A DNA stretch of 64,000 nt, taken from assembly GCA_963813025.1 (NCBI GenBank), contig CAWEXO010000011.1, positions 32,001 through 96,000 on the forward strand, read 5' to 3'. The notes under the pieces were generated by a model. The model had not been told where the DNA came from and made no database searches. It saw only the letters and a list, made by a program, of their open reading frames with translations. The stretch comes from an uncultured Verrucomicrobiae bacterium. GTDB lineage: Bacteria > Verrucomicrobiota > Verrucomicrobiia > Chthoniobacterales > JAFAMB01. The position numbers and the translations under genes are program-made. Below, one piece after another: positions 30,867 to 42,529 of the stretch (position 1 is its first letter; each line of letters opens with the position of its first letter).

Positions 30867-30918
30867 ATCCTTGCTCCTAGCTCCTCGTGAAACGTGAAAC
30901 GCGAAACGCGAAACGTCT

Positions 30919-32049
30919 TCACCGAGCGTCGATCGGCACAAAGGCGCGTTGCGCTGGCCCGACATAATCCGCGTTCGGTCGAATAAGCTTATTATTTTGG
31001 CGTTGCTCCTTCACGTGTGCCGACCAGCCGGTTATCCGGGACATGACGAAAAGCGGGGTGAAATGGGAGGTGGGGATTCCGAGAAACTGATAGAGCGTCG
31101 CACTGTAAAAGTCGGCATTGGCAAAGATGTTTTTTTCTTCCTTCATCACTTGCTCAATCGCCTCCGAAACCCCGAACAAATAGCCATCCGGCGCACCTTT
31201 TGAGAGGGTTTTGGACAAAGCTTTGTTAATCGCATTCCGCGGATCCGAATGTTTGTAAACACCATGACCAAACCCCATGATCTTGGTTTTGGCGGCCAGC
31301 AGTCGGCGTACCCCGGCGCGCGCCTCGTCCGGGGTTTGGAAACGCTGGACCAACTCCATCGCCGCCTCGTTTGCTCCCCCATGCAAAGAGCCGCGCAGGG
31401 TGCCGATCGCCGCAGTAATAGCCGAGTAAAAGTCGGCTAAGGTAGAGGCGCACACTCTCGCGGCGAAAGTCGAGGCGTTGAACTCGTGCTCGGCATAGAG
31501 GATCATCGATACATCCAGAGCGCGTCGCGCCTGATCGTCGGGCTCATGCCCGTGGAGCAAGGTGAGGTAATGGCCCGCGGTCGACTCACTGGATGTCTCC
31601 GTGGAAATTTGCTGTCCGCCCCGGCTGAAATGATGCCAATAGAGTAGCGCACTGGGAAAAATCCCGAGCAGTCTTTCGGCCACGCGATCTTGCTCAGCAA
31701 ACGAGTGTTCCGGTTCGAGGGTTCCTAACATTGAGCAAGCTGTCCGCAGCACATCCATCGGGTGGGCATCACCGGGAATCTGTTCCAATACGGCGCGCAG
31801 AGGACCAGGCAGGCTTCGCCCTTCCTTGAGCCGCTGACGAAAATCCGCGAGTTCGGCGGCCTTAGGCAGTGCTCCGTGTAAAATCAGGTAAGCGACCTCC
31901 TCGAAAGTGGCGCGCTCCGCTAGTTCTTCGATCGCGTAGCCGCGATAGGTTAACCCAACGCCTTCCTTGCCCACGGTGGCAATAGCGGTACTCCCGGCAG
32001 ACTGACCGCGCAGGCCGGTGCTGGCGGGTGAAGAAGATTTTTCATTCAT
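30919..32049 (-). CDS. prpC: 2-methylcitrate synthase
   Basis: [41 protein letters not shown]; between prpB and prpD. Confidence 0.95.
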   Translation of the reverse strand: MNEKSSSPASTGLRGQSAGSTAIATVGKEGVGLTYRGYAIEELAERATFEEVAYLILHGALPKAAELADFRQRLKEGRSLPGPLRAVLEQIPGDAHPMDVLRTACSMLGTLEPEHSFAEQDRVAERLLGIFPSALLYWHHFSRGGQQISTETSSESTAGHYLTLLHGHEPDDQARRALDVSMILYAEHEFNASTFAARVCASTLADFYSAITAAIGTLRGSLHGGANEAAMELVQRFQTPDEARAGVRRLLAAKTKIMGFGHGVYKHSDPRNAINKALSKTLSKGAPDGYLFGVSEAIEQVMKEEKNIFANADFYSATLYQFLGIPTSHFTPLFVMSRITGWSAHVKEQRQNNKLIRPNADYVGPAQRAFVPIDAR

Positions 32050-32930
32050 AAATCTTTGCCAAAGAGTGCATCTAACTTTTCCTCGAATTGATAATAGTTG
32101 AGTATCTCATAGAGCTGTTCTCGCGTCTGCATCTCCGGCAACAGGCTCGCCTGGGTTCCCGTCTGCCGGATCGCCGTATAGACGCGCTCGGCCGCGTGGC
32201 CCATGGCGCGAAAAGCGCTGAGTGGGTAGAGCACCAGCCCGACCCCGGTGCTCCGCAGGTCCGCCAGAGAGAACAGGGGCGTTTTGCCGAACTCCGTCAG
32301 GTTCGCCAGCACCGGCACATGGACCGCGCCAACAAACTTGCGTAGTTCGTCGAGTGACGTAAGCGCTTCCGCGAAAATCAGGTCGGCCCCGGCGGCGGCG
32401 TACGCTTGAGCACGAGTGATCGCGGCGTGGAGGCCTTCTGTCGCGACTGCATCCGTTCGCGCCATGACGAGAAAGTCATGGTCCTGGCGGGCGTCAACGG
32501 CGGCTTTGACTCGATCGACCATTTCCTCCGTAGTAACCAGCTCTTTGTTCGGCCGATGCCCGCAGCGTTTGGCGGCGACTTGATCTTCCAGGTGGCAGCC
32601 GGCTGCGCCGGCTCTCCCGAGTTCGCGAATGCATCGGGCGATATTAAAGGCATTCCCCCAGCCCGTATCGGCATCCACGAGCAAGGGAAGTTCGGTTGCT
32701 CCGGTGATTCGGCGGACATCTTCACAGACGTCGTTCAGCGTTGTTATCCCGAGATCCGGCAGGCCGAAGGAAGCATTGGCGACGCCCGCTCCGGAAACGT
32801 AAAGAGCGCGAAACCCAGCGCGCTCGGCCAGCTTCGCGCTAAAGGCATTGATGACCCCGACAATCTGGAGGGGTTGTTCGGCCCTGATTGCCTCACGCAG
32901 CCGGCTGGCAGGGGTGGCCAATTGGCTCAT
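32046..32930 (-). CDS. prpB: Methylisocitrate lyase
   Basis: [45 protein letters not shown]. Confidence 0.96.
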   Translation of the reverse strand: MSQLATPASRLREAIRAEQPLQIVGVINAFSAKLAERAGFRALYVSGAGVANASFGLPDLGITTLNDVCEDVRRITGATELPLLVDADTGWGNAFNIARCIRELGRAGAAGCHLEDQVAAKRCGHRPNKELVTTEEMVDRVKAAVDARQDHDFLVMARTDAVATEGLHAAITRAQAYAAAGADLIFAEALTSLDELRKFVGAVHVPVLANLTEFGKTPLFSLADLRSTGVGLVLYPLSAFRAMGHAAERVYTAIRQTGTQASLLPEMQTREQLYEILNYYQFEEKLDALFGKDL

Positions 32931-33234
32931 TGCGAAATACTAGCATCGAAAAGCATCCCGGGGTTATTGAATTTCACAGCGCGGAATAGCCGCGCTGTGA
33001 ACTGCTGGCAATTGTTTGGTGAGTGATTGTAAAAAAAATGCCACAATCCGAGTTTTTTGGGCTTAAAGCGTGCCTGCACCCGCGGAGGAATCCGATTCGG
33101 CTCGCTTTTCGAGAGAATCTTCGTTGGAATTTTCTCGGAAGAAAATCACTCGTTGGTAAATGAGAGCCAGGACGGGTCCAGCCTGGCAATACCGGCAGCC
33201 CAGTCAGTTTTATTGGTTTAATATGAATTCAGGT

Positions 33235-33777
33235 ATGAAACATAAAATGCATCTAAATACCACGGCAGCCTCGGCCCTCGTTGTCCTGGCCTTGGCAGTA
33301 TGCCAGACGGCGCTTGCTGCGGACAAAGGGGGAGCACAACCTCAGCAGTCCATTTTGCTCGCGCAGAACGCCCCGGCCGCGAAAATGAGGGCGGGTAAAG
33401 TCCGGCCAAACGTCGATAAGCATGGCGTGATCCTGAAGGGTTACGATCCGGTTGCTTATTTCAAAGTAGGCAAGGCGGTTAAAGGGAGTCCGGCTCACAA
33501 GAGTTCCTTTGGAGGAGTCACGTACTTTTTTTCATCCGCTGCCAATAAAGCAGAGTTCGATAAGGACCCGACCAGATACCAGCCCCAATTCGGCGCCTGG
33601 TGTGCTCATTCGATGGCACACGGCAAAATGGCCGATATCGACCCGAACGCGTTCGCGATTTACCAGAACAAACTTTACGTTTGCTCGACACCCGCAGCCG
33701 CGGCTGATTTCAAGGCAAATGCCCCCAAGCTAGTACCTCAGGCGGACGACCATTGGCGGCAATGGGTCTCGGGGTAA
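33235..33777 (+). CDS. Secreted YHS domain protein
   Basis: Signal peptide; GYDPVAYF, YFFSSAANKAEF, P.RYQPQFGAWCA; start uncertain. Confidence 0.82.
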   Translation: MKHKMHLNTTAASALVVLALAVCQTALAADKGGAQPQQSILLAQNAPAAKMRAGKVRPNVDKHGVILKGYDPVAYFKVGKAVKGSPAHKSSFGGVTYFFSSAANKAEFDKDPTRYQPQFGAWCAHSMAHGKMADIDPNAFAIYQNKLYVCSTPAAAADFKANAPKLVPQADDHWRQWVSG

Positions 33778-33860
33778 TCCCGAGTAGCATAAGTTTCCAG
33801 CTTGTGCGAGTCCCGAGTCACTAGTCCCGGGTCCCGAGTAACGAGTGAAACTCTATCAAG

Positions 33861-34353
33861 GTGAGCCGCTTTAACCCCGATTCTCACATGGGGCCGCTCG
33901 TATCGGAAGAACAACTGAACCGGGTACTCGGCTTCCTCGAAGCCGGGAAGGCCAATGGGGTCAAAACGGTGTTAGGCGGCAACCGAATCGGCGATCGAGG
34001 TTACTTCGTCGAACCGACGATTCTCACCGGAACGCGTCCGGGGATGAAAGTCGTCGATGAAGAGATCTTTGGGCCGGTCGTTTGTGCGACGCCCTTTGAC
34101 GAATTGGACCAGGTAGCAACGCAAATGAACCAGACAACTCACGGTCTGGCCGGCGCCATCTGGACAAAACGTTAGCAAGGCACACCGCATGGCTCGCGCC
34201 ATGAAGGCTGGTACCGTCTGGATTAATTGTTATAACGTCTTCGATGCCGCATTACCCTTTGGCGGTTACAAACAGTCCGGTTGGGGAAGAGAAATGGGCA
34301 GAGAAGCGCTCGAACTCTACACCGAAGTTAAATCTGTCTGCCTGAAGGTTTAG
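33861..34353 (+). pseudogene. Aldehyde dehydrogenase C-terminal fragment
   Basis: MGPLVS, GYFVEPT, EEIFGPV, frameshift near 34170, then [23 protein letters not shown]-terminal part absent. Confidence 0.85.
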
Positions 34354-35017
34354 GGTTAACCGCTCTCTTACCGGTTGCAAACTGCCCATTCGACAGGGGC
34401 CATCACAGCTTCGCCTATAGCTTCGGCGAAGCTGTGTTGCGCGTGAAACCAAGCTGGGGACGAGACAACGTAAGAAATTAACAGTAGATCGCGACGTCAC
34501 AGCCCGGCGTAGTCGTAACCGCATTGCTTCTGCCGCCCCGGAGGGGCTGGGGAAAAATAGGCCAACGGGACCCCGGCAAACCAGGTAAGACCGAGCGCCG
34601 ACGTAAGTCGGATTCCCCCGCTTTTGTGACCCGAAAGCGGCAGCTAAATCCACCGTACGCGCCGTCCCGCCGAAATCGACTGAGCTGAAGTCCACGGCGA
34701 TCCCGCCCGTCGAGCTGATAATCGTGAACTGCATTCCGGTCAGCACACTCGCGTAAGCTAGGCTGGCTGACGCCCAGAAGGACTCTAACGCTTGTCAGAA
34801 TACGTCAGTGCCCCTCCACACACACAACCCATGAAAAAGCGTCATAGAGTGATTGGCGGAGCAGTCCGGCGCGACTGCCCCAGGAGACGATGAGACCGTC
34901 GGTGCTATGCAGGCTGCATTTAAAGCTTCCAATTCGTTACTGCAATTGATAGGATTCTTAACGGTTTTTTCTGCACGCATTCCGTGTAACGCAAAGGACG
35001 TACTAACCCTAAGGATC

Positions 35018-38000
35018 ATGATGAACACGCAAGTTCCCCTTCTGCGCATGTCCTCTACCGTTCTGGCCATGACCGTCTTAGCCACGGCCTTCTCGACGAC
35101 GAAAGCGCTCCCCCCGCTAATCGCGCCTCCCAATCTCGGACCTCACATCGATCAATCCTTCAGCTCGACGGATACTTCGACCGTTACCGCGAATTCCAAC
35201 GGAATAATCACGCTGGAGGGTGGAACGGTCACGCTTGATGCCATTAGCGGAGGCCAGATTGCTGCTTTGCTGGCAACGGGCGCTAACGCGCAGATCACCG
35301 CGACCGGCGTCACCATCGTAAACGATAATCTCCAGGGCACTTCCTTTACTTTTGGCGTCAATGCTACCAGCACACCTACCGGTGCCGCGGCCGTCAATTT
35401 GTTCGGGGGAAGTATCGACGCGACGGCGATCGGCAATGGCAGGGCCGTCGGTATCAATGCGGGCGTCGGTGGGACTGTTCGTGCCTCCAACCTCACGCTC
35501 GATTCAACCGGACCAAATGCCCACGCTATTGTATCGGCCGGTGGCACAATTGCTCTGGTAGACGGCGCGATTACCACGAACGGCTCGTTTGCGCTAGGCC
35601 TCCAGGCTAACGGCAACGCAGGACCCGCCACGATCACTGTCGACGGCACTACCATTAGAACACTCGGACCGACGAGCTCTGGCGCTCGGGCGGAAGGTAC
35701 GAATGCTGCAACGATTAGCCTGACAAATGCTACAATCGATACAGAGGGCGATAACGCGACCGGGCTGATTGCAATCGGTACTGGCAAAACGATCACGACT
35801 ACCAATACGAACATCGAAACTGTTGGTTCCTCAGCTTCTGGAGCTGCCGATTTTAATGGAGCCCACATCAATGAGACAGGCGGAACGATGACGACCTCTG
35901 GCAGCAATTCTATCGGTATCTCGTCCAACGGTCTGGGGAGCACCCTAACGGCCGTAGGCTTAACGGTGACAACGACTGGGACGGATAGCAGCGGCGCCTT
36001 AGCGCACGAAGGTGCACTGCTTACCCTGCAAAATAGCATAGTAACGACCACTGGAGACAACGCTGTAGGACTGAAGGTGATTCCTGCCCCAACGCAAGGC
36101 TCGACGTTGATGGCGACGAACAGCACGGTAAGCACTAATGGATTAAACGGGGAAGGAATCCTGGTAAGCGGCCGCGTGCCGCTGACCGTCACGGACGTAG
36201 TCAGTCTGAACAGCACCAACGTGACCACGCAGCAGGGGGATGGAATTGATTGGGACGGCCAGTCCAATACGAATGTCAGCCTGACAAACGGGACTACGGT
36301 GGTTCCCGGGAACGGAGTGTTATTGCGTGCGCTTGCCGGGACCGGAGGCGGCACGCCGCGAGTCTTGAATCTGACAGCGGATGGGACCGTGGCCCTGGAG
36401 GGGGATGTGTTGGTGGGGCCCGACAGCGTGGTGAACGTGAACCTCCTTAGTAATTCGGTGTTAACCGGGGCGATGCAGAACGCAAATAATGTCGCAATCG
36501 AGACGGGTAGCCGATGGGATATAACGGGCAGCTCAACAATCGGATCGTTGACCTTCAACGGCGGGACACTGCAATTCAACAACGCCGTCAACCTGGGAAT
36601 TACGCGCCTCATCACGCTGAATGCCTCAGGCGGAACAATCAACACGAATGGGAATGACGCGACACTCTCACAGGCAATCGTGGGGGTCGGCGGGCTGACC
36701 AAAACTGGCGCCGGCACGCTGACGCTCTCCGGAACGAATACCTATAGCGGCGGCACGAGCTTCAATGGCGGAATTCTTGCAGTAAACAGCGACTCCAATC
36801 TGGGAACCGGGCCGCTCAGTTTTAACGGCGGGACGCTCGAAGCACTCGGAGATATTACTTCAACCAAAGCGGTCATGCTCAATGCCGGGGACGGCACGTT
36901 TTTGGCCGATGCCGGCACGACCTCGAGGCTCAGCGGAGCGATCAGCGGTGTCGGCGGGTTCACCAAGGATGGCGCCGGCGAATTGATTCTGACCGGTGTG
37001 AACAGCTATAGCGGCAGTACGGTCGTGAAGGGCGGCACGCTGAACATCCAAGATGGCGGTAAGGACTCCGATAGCACCGGCGTCGTTGGCACCCTTGGCA
37101 CCGCTACGGAGGCCACTGGGACGGTGAACGTCATCGGTCCAGATTCGACCTGGACCAACTCTGGCCGCCTCCTTGTTGGTGCTGGTAATGGTTTCCATGG
37201 TTTCCTGAACATTCAGAACGGCGGCACGGTGTCAGATAATGCCGGATCTGTCGGCGCTACTCCCGGCTCAACTGGAACAGTGACGGTGGATGGCGCGGGC
37301 TCGATGTGGACAAGCGCTGGCGGGCTGTTTGTCGGCGATTTCGGCACCGGCACCTTGAACATTCACAATGGCGGCCACGTCACGAATTCCCGCGGGGAGA
37401 TCGGCGTTTTCGCCGGCTCGGCTGGTACAGTGGCGGTGGACGGGACGGACTCGACCTGGACAAACACCGGCAATCTCTATATTGGCGGCATCGTAGCCGG
37501 GCCGCGTGGAACCGGTCTTCTGGAGATCACCAACGGTGGTACGGTGAGCGCCGCAGCAACCACGATCTGGAACACCGGGACACTGGCAGTCGGCGCCAGT
37601 TTTAGGTTGATCACCTCGCTAACCGTCAACGGCGGCACAATCCGCACCCTGGCCGATACCACTTTTCCGAACAACGCGACGCTCGTTGGGGGTGGCGTTA
37701 TTCTCGATTCGAACGGTTTTGATTCGGCGTTTTCGGGCGCGTTTACAGGCTCTGGCGGTCTCACCAAGATAAGCCCCGGCCTGGTGATCTTGACCGGGGA
37801 CAACACCTTCTCCGGCGGCACCACAATCCTCGGCGGAACGCTAGAGCTTGGTAACGACGGAACGACCGGAAGCATCAGCGGGAATGTCACCAATAACGGA
37901 ACCCTGGAGTTTGACCGGCGAGATCCTGTGACCTTTAGCGGCGTGATCAGCGGCAGCGGTGATTTGGTGAAGATAGGCGCCGGCACATTGACTCTGACTG

Positions 38001-39637
38001 CCAACAACACCTATAGCGGCGGGACTACCATCCAAGACGGTACTCTGGTTGCAGGGACACCAAACGCCGCTCAAGAAGTATCCTTCGCGCTAGGTGCAGG
38101 AGACGTCTTTTTGCAGGGAGGAACCCTGCGCACGTCAAGTTTGGAGACCGGCAAGCCACTGACAATCAATGTCGGCGGCAATTATACACAAGGTCCCGGC
38201 GGGACGCTGGCGCTCGGAGTCGCTGGCATCAATGGGGAGGATTATGATCACGTGCAGGTTGGAGGTAATGCGAGTTTGAACGGGACGCTGGCCGTGAGTT
38301 CTCTAAATAATTTCCGTCCTTCCACCGGAAACGGCTTTGAAGTACTTCATACCAACGGCGTGCGGAGCGGCCAGTTCTCCCAGGTCAACGATTCTTTGAA
38401 TAACAATTCCAACCTCCAACGGATCGATGTCTACGCGCCAAATGGAGTAGCTTTGGTCTACGTGGCAGCCGCGCCGACACCACCGACGCCTAGTCCAACT
38501 CCAAGGCCACCCATTATAGATGTCATCCCCGAGCCGCTTCCGCCCGTAAATCCCGAGGAACCGTTGCCGATTCCGCCTTTGCTTGCGATTCTGGACCCGA
38601 CTGCCGAACAGTTAACGTCTCTCTTTGAAATCAGCTTTTCGGGAGCCAATTCCCAAAGATTCAATCTGGAAGACCGTCTCGCGGAGATCCAAAGAGGTTC
38701 GACGGGATTTGAGTCCACGATTCCACCAGCGGCTTCGCCTTCCGGTAAGGAGACCATTTTTCAAAAAGATGGGAAGGGCGTCGTCTCTCAACCACCGGTC
38801 TTTCAGCCCACACCGGAAAACCGCTGGGGCGTGTGGGTCAACGGCTGGGGTGATTTCGTCTCAGTCGATAGCGATAACCGCGCAAAGGGCTATGACTTCA
38901 CCACGGGAGGGGCGACCGTCGGCATTGATTACAGGTTCACCGACCACCTGGCGATCGGGCTTTTTGGTAGCTACGCTCATACCTGGACCCATCTTCAACC
39001 CGCTGGAGACATTGACGTCAACACCGGACGCGGCGGTCTGTATGCTACCTACTTCGATCGCGGGTTTTATGTCAATGGCTCGGCGTCTGGCGGCTACAAC
39101 AGCTATGACACCAGCCGGCAAGGTTTGCTGGCGCTGGCCACCGGGAGCACCGAAGGCTACGAATTCAGCACCTTCCTTGAAAGTGGCTACGACTTTCATT
39201 TCGGAAATTTAGCGGTTGGCCCGCTCGCCTCGGTGCAATACACCAACGTGCATGTTAACGGTTTCAGCGAACAGGGTTCGTTATTGCCTTTGCGAATCCA
39301 TTCTGATTCGGAAGAGTCCTGGCGAACAGACCTTGGCCTGCAGGCTTCTTACACCTGGCATTGTGGAAGCATGTTGGTGGTCCCATCCGTACGAGCTGCC
39401 TGGGAACACGAATTCAAATACTCGGCTCTGCCGATAACCGTCAGTTCCGCGGCTTTTCCGGGAGCCACGGCAACGTTTTTCGGCCCGAGCCAAGGTCATG
39501 ATAGCGCTATTATCAATGCAGGTCTCGGGGTTCAATGGACACCGAGAATCTCAACCTATGTCGGCTATCAGGGACAACTAGGCCGGAGCAATTACGAGGC
39601 GAACGGTGTTACGGGTAATATTAGTTTTAGCTTCTAA
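35018..39637 (+). CDS. Autotransporter with beta-helical passenger, PATR and T5SS-associated repeats
   Basis: Repeated GGLTKxGAGTLTLxGxNTYSGGT, repeated TVxVxGxxSTWTN, Pro-rich linker, C-terminal beta-barrel ending ISFSF. Confidence 0.93.
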   Translation: MMNTQVPLLRMSSTVLAMTVLATAFSTTKALPPLIAPPNLGPHIDQSFSSTDTSTVTANSNGIITLEGGTVTLDAISGGQIAALLATGANAQITATGVTIVNDNLQGTSFTFGVNATSTPTGAAAVNLFGGSIDATAIGNGRAVGINAGVGGTVRASNLTLDSTGPNAHAIVSAGGTIALVDGAITTNGSFALGLQANGNAGPATITVDGTTIRTLGPTSSGARAEGTNAATISLTNATIDTEGDNATGLIAIGTGKTITTTNTNIETVGSSASGAADFNGAHINETGGTMTTSGSNSIGISSNGLGSTLTAVGLTVTTTGTDSSGALAHEGALLTLQNSIVTTTGDNAVGLKVIPAPTQGSTLMATNSTVSTNGLNGEGILVSGRVPLTVTDVVSLNSTNVTTQQGDGIDWDGQSNTNVSLTNGTTVVPGNGVLLRALAGTGGGTPRVLNLTADGTVALEGDVLVGPDSVVNVNLLSNSVLTGAMQNANNVAIETGSRWDITGSSTIGSLTFNGGTLQFNNAVNLGITRLITLNASGGTINTNGNDATLSQAIVGVGGLTKTGAGTLTLSGTNTYSGGTSFNGGILAVNSDSNLGTGPLSFNGGTLEALGDITSTKAVMLNAGDGTFLADAGTTSRLSGAISGVGGFTKDGAGELILTGVNSYSGSTVVKGGTLNIQDGGKDSDSTGVVGTLGTATEATGTVNVIGPDSTWTNSGRLLVGAGNGFHGFLNIQNGGTVSDNAGSVGATPGSTGTVTVDGAGSMWTSAGGLFVGDFGTGTLNIHNGGHVTNSRGEIGVFAGSAGTVAVDGTDSTWTNTGNLYIGGIVAGPRGTGLLEITNGGTVSAAATTIWNTGTLAVGASFRLITSLTVNGGTIRTLADTTFPNNATLVGGGVILDSNGFDSAFSGAFTGSGGLTKISPGLVILTGDNTFSGGTTILGGTLELGNDGTTGSISGNVTNNGTLEFDRRDPVTFSGVISGSGDLVKIGAGTLTLTANNTYSGGTTIQDGTLVAGTPNAAQEVSFALGAGDVFLQGGTLRTSSLETGKPLTINVGGNYTQGPGGTLALGVAGINGEDYDHVQVGGNASLNGTLAVSSLNNFRPSTGNGFEVLHTNGVRSGQFSQVNDSLNNNSNLQRIDVYAPNGVALVYVAAAPTPPTPSPTPRPPIIDVIPEPLPPVNPEEPLPIPPLLAILDPTAEQLTSLFEISFSGANSQRFNLEDRLAEIQRGSTGFESTIPPAASPSGKETIFQKDGKGVVSQPPVFQPTPENRWGVWVNGWGDFVSVDSDNRAKGYDFTTGGATVGIDYRFTDHLAIGLFGSYAHTWTHLQPAGDIDVNTGRGGLYATYFDRGFYVNGSASGGYNSYDTSRQGLLALATGSTEGYEFSTFLESGYDFHFGNLAVGPLASVQYTNVHVNGFSEQGSLLPLRIHSDSEESWRTDLGLQASYTWHCGSMLVVPSVRAAWEHEFKYSALPITVSSAAFPGATATFFGPSQGHDSAIINAGLGVQWTPRISTYVGYQGQLGRSNYEANGVTGNISFSF

Positions 39638-39789
39638 CGGCGAAGAACTCTCGCAAGCGCCCAAGGATTGGGAAGAATCGTGTTTGGGGAAACTTCGTGT
39701 CACAAACAGGAATTGTCCGATGCCTCGCACCGAGGTCACAGCGCGGCCGCGCCGCAACCACATCGTCCGCGCAGACTCCACTTACAGGT

Positions 39790-40148
39790 TTCCAGGGCTT
39801 GTCGGACTTTGGAAATCTGCGGCAGCCACCCAAGCGATTGGTCGCCCGAGCGGTTAGAGATCGTCTCAGAATGCCGCACTGTCTTGTGGCTGTAGGGCGA
39901 AAATTTAGAGAATGTCTCGCAACATCCCGAAATCGGTAGGGCGAGAATTCATCTGAGCCTTCGGCGAAGACTCGTTCGAGCCGGGCGCTGCGGCAGGTCA
40001 CACTGAAGACGGCTCAAACAAGTTCTCGCTAAGGCTCGAATAAATTTTCGCCCTACCGGCGCAGGACCAAAGACGCTTTGGGACATGTCTCGAACCTTAG
40101 CTCGATTGCGCGAGCTACAGATTGGCCAAAGTCCGACAGACCCTGGAA
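39790..40148. repeat. Nested repeat: outer IR (39790-39812/40126-40148) enclosing a family B unit (39934-40058)
   Basis: ttccagggcttgtcggactttgg vs ccaaagtccgacagaccctggaa; inner cggtagggcgagaatt...aattttcgccctaccg. Confidence 0.82.
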
Positions 40149-40164
40149 GACGTTCTATTGGTCT

Positions 40165-41280
40165 TCAAGGGAGATTTTGCGCAAATTGGTTGCAATTAAT
40201 TGGTTGGAATTGAAGGACCCAAGAACCGTGTTTGATTTGGTTGCGTTGGTGGAACTCGGGATCATCGGGGGTGCGCTCTAGCCACATTTTGTAGATGATG
40301 TTGAGCCAACGCTGTCCCAGAGAGCGGATGGCGGTGGCATGGGAGTGGTCTTTGGCGCGGTGGGCTTGGTAGTAGGTCCGGGGCCCAGGGACAGCGCCTC
40401 AGACTATGTTGGCTAAACAGATGGATGGCGTGGCGCAGGAACTTGTCACAAGCCCAGCGCTGATGGCATTGGCGATGTTTGCCAGAGATTTTGGTGACCG
40501 GCGCCGTGCCGGCCAAGCACTGGAGACTTTGCGCTCCGCCCTCGAAGCGTTGGCGATCATCGCCGATCTGGGCTAACAAGCGGGGAGCCAGCTTGGGGCC
40601 CGCGCCCGGTAAAGAGCCAAAAAGCTCGTGATCGGGATGGGAGCGAAAAGTTCTTCGATCCGTTGGCGGTATTCGGCCAGCCGATCTTCTAAGGCAAAAA
40701 GCATTTTGAGCAAGCTCAGCGCCAGCAGGCTTTTAGCCTTGGTCGCCGGCTTGCTGCCACAGAACTGGGGTGGCATGGGCAAAGAGTTCCATCCGGCGGG
40801 GGCCGCTTTCGGTACGCCAGCGCCGATGGCTGTGCAGGAATTTTTGCCACTGCCGCGGGCCGGCCTGGGCCAGCAGTTGGGGCGTGGGGAAACGCTGCAA
40901 AAACATCCAGGCTGCAAGGGCACTCCAATCCTCAAAGGCTTCCAGAGCGCTCGGATAGTACTCGGCCAAGGCATGCCGGAGTTGATTGACAAAGGCGGTG
41001 CGCTGTTCAATCAAACTGACCTCATCGCGACACAATAAGCGCAGCTCTTTAATCAGGGGATCCTCCGGCCAAAGCGCCTTCCAGTGCTGACCCTCCATCC
41101 GCAGGGCGTCGGCAAAACTCCAGGCATCGAGCCGGTCGTCTTTAACCCCGCTGGGCGCCTTGCGTTGGCGGTAAGCTTGTGCGCTTTTAGGGTTGAGCGG
41201 ATAAACCTTCATCCCGGCTTCCAATAACTGCTCGACGGCCGCGCCTTGGCTGGTCTCGATCGCAAAAGGGATCGAACCGG
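40165..41280 (-). pseudogene. Degenerate IS110-family transposase (different element from the two intact copies)
   Basis: YPLNPKS, GVKDDRLDA, LPGAGPKLAPRLL, AGTAPVTKISG, WARTYY..RSLGQRW spread across several frames; 5' end lost at the repeat at 41281. Confidence 0.88.
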
Positions 41281-41285
41281 GTGCA

Positions 41286-41406
41286 TCGCCTCCCGGGATA
41301 CGGACGAGGCCGTCCGCGCTACGCCGGTGCGCTCGCGTGAACCCTTTTCAGCAGCCGGATATGTTCGAGAACGAGGACGATTTGGTTGCGGCTACGCCGC
41401 GCTGTA
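41286..41406 (-). repeat. REP-like family A variant copy
   Basis: Near-identical to 8849-8932; tail similar to 7650-7690. Confidence 0.85.
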
Positions 41407-41489
41407 CTACTGTCCGTAAAAATGTTGTTTTCCTGCGAGGATTTGCGAGGAGCTGAACAGTTTGAAGGTTGACCGGCAAGATGCCGGTG

Positions 41490-41790
41490 TCAGGGTGGAA
41501 AAGTGGCACAGGCGGTAACAAAGGCCGCCAGGCCGCCGGTTGAGGTATCAAAAAAGTTAACATGGCCGGCCGAGTTCGTGGTGACGTTCGCATGGTCCGC
41601 CGAACTGCCGTTGCGAAAATCCGTGACCGCCCCGCTCTCGATTAAGATGGTAGCCGTCCCACCAAGCGCCTCATCATGAAAGGTGGTCACACCACCTGAC
41701 ATGGTCGTGATCGTGGAGTTCCCAGCTGTTGAGCCGGTGAAAAAGTCCGTGCTCCCGGCATTCATGATTATGGCGTTTCCCGCAGTCGGG
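41490..41790 (-). pseudogene. Autotransporter passenger-domain fragment
   Basis: STAGNxTI-type G/T/N-rich beta-helix repeats with no start context and no barrel. Confidence 0.55.
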
Positions 41791-42329
41791 GAAGTGCCAC
41801 TCGGCACGCTGCCGCCAGGAGGATTGCCGCGTCGGGGGAATTTGCCGCGAGCGTACCGACTATGCTGAGAGACTGCAATTCCAGAAATTACGGATTTTAC
41901 GGTGCAAAGCGGAACCCTCCGTTGCTGCAGGGGTTGCACAGGTAGATCGTCCTGACATCGCGTTCCTGGTGCTGCGCAATTTGAATGTTCGCCCGGGCTG
42001 ACGGAAAAGCGGAATTCGCGCAATGAGTAGTCACTCCCCGACCAAAGCTTGGCTTTATGATCGGCTTGTGGCTGTTCGGTAAGCGATGAACCGAAAGAAG
42101 AGAACGACGAAGTCACCCCGTGAAAAGCAGCCGAGGAACTAACTTTCGAGCGAGAGTGTGTGTCGCGAATCTTTCGCATATCCGCCCAGAACGCCGGGCA
42201 CAGACGGGGACCGGGCGTGTGGGACTATGGTTCATGGGCGCGCCGATGATCGCCGTCCTGGCGGGATGATGGTGTAGCGTGCTTAGGTAGGCCGTATAGC
42301 TCCTAAAGAGACTGGCAGAGCGCGAGTAT

Positions 42330-42529
42330 GGACCGGCAGGAGCCGGTCCCTACCGGTGCGCAGCTATCATGGTGTGGTAGGGATGAGCTCCTGCTCGTCC
42401 CAGTGACAATTGTCCGGAAGGACAATCCCCGTCCCCGCAGGGACAATGGATTAATAGCCGGCAATTTATTGCTGGCAGTAGGACGAGCAGGAGCTCGTCC
42501 AGAGCTCGTCCCTACCCACTATGATAGCT
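42330..42529. repeat. GTAG REP-like family C cluster (GTAG-GGAyGAGC-TCCT-GCTCGTCC)
   Basis: Units at 42330-42354 (-), 42376-42400 (+) and 42481-42516 (-); extended IR 42362-42390 / 42502-42529. Confidence 0.8.

Noticed and set aside
35152..36717. 521-aa antisense ORF and other long shadow ORFs (e.g. 54037-55080, 42579-43484)
   Set aside because: They lie opposite well-supported genes; expected from codon bias in GC-rich DNA
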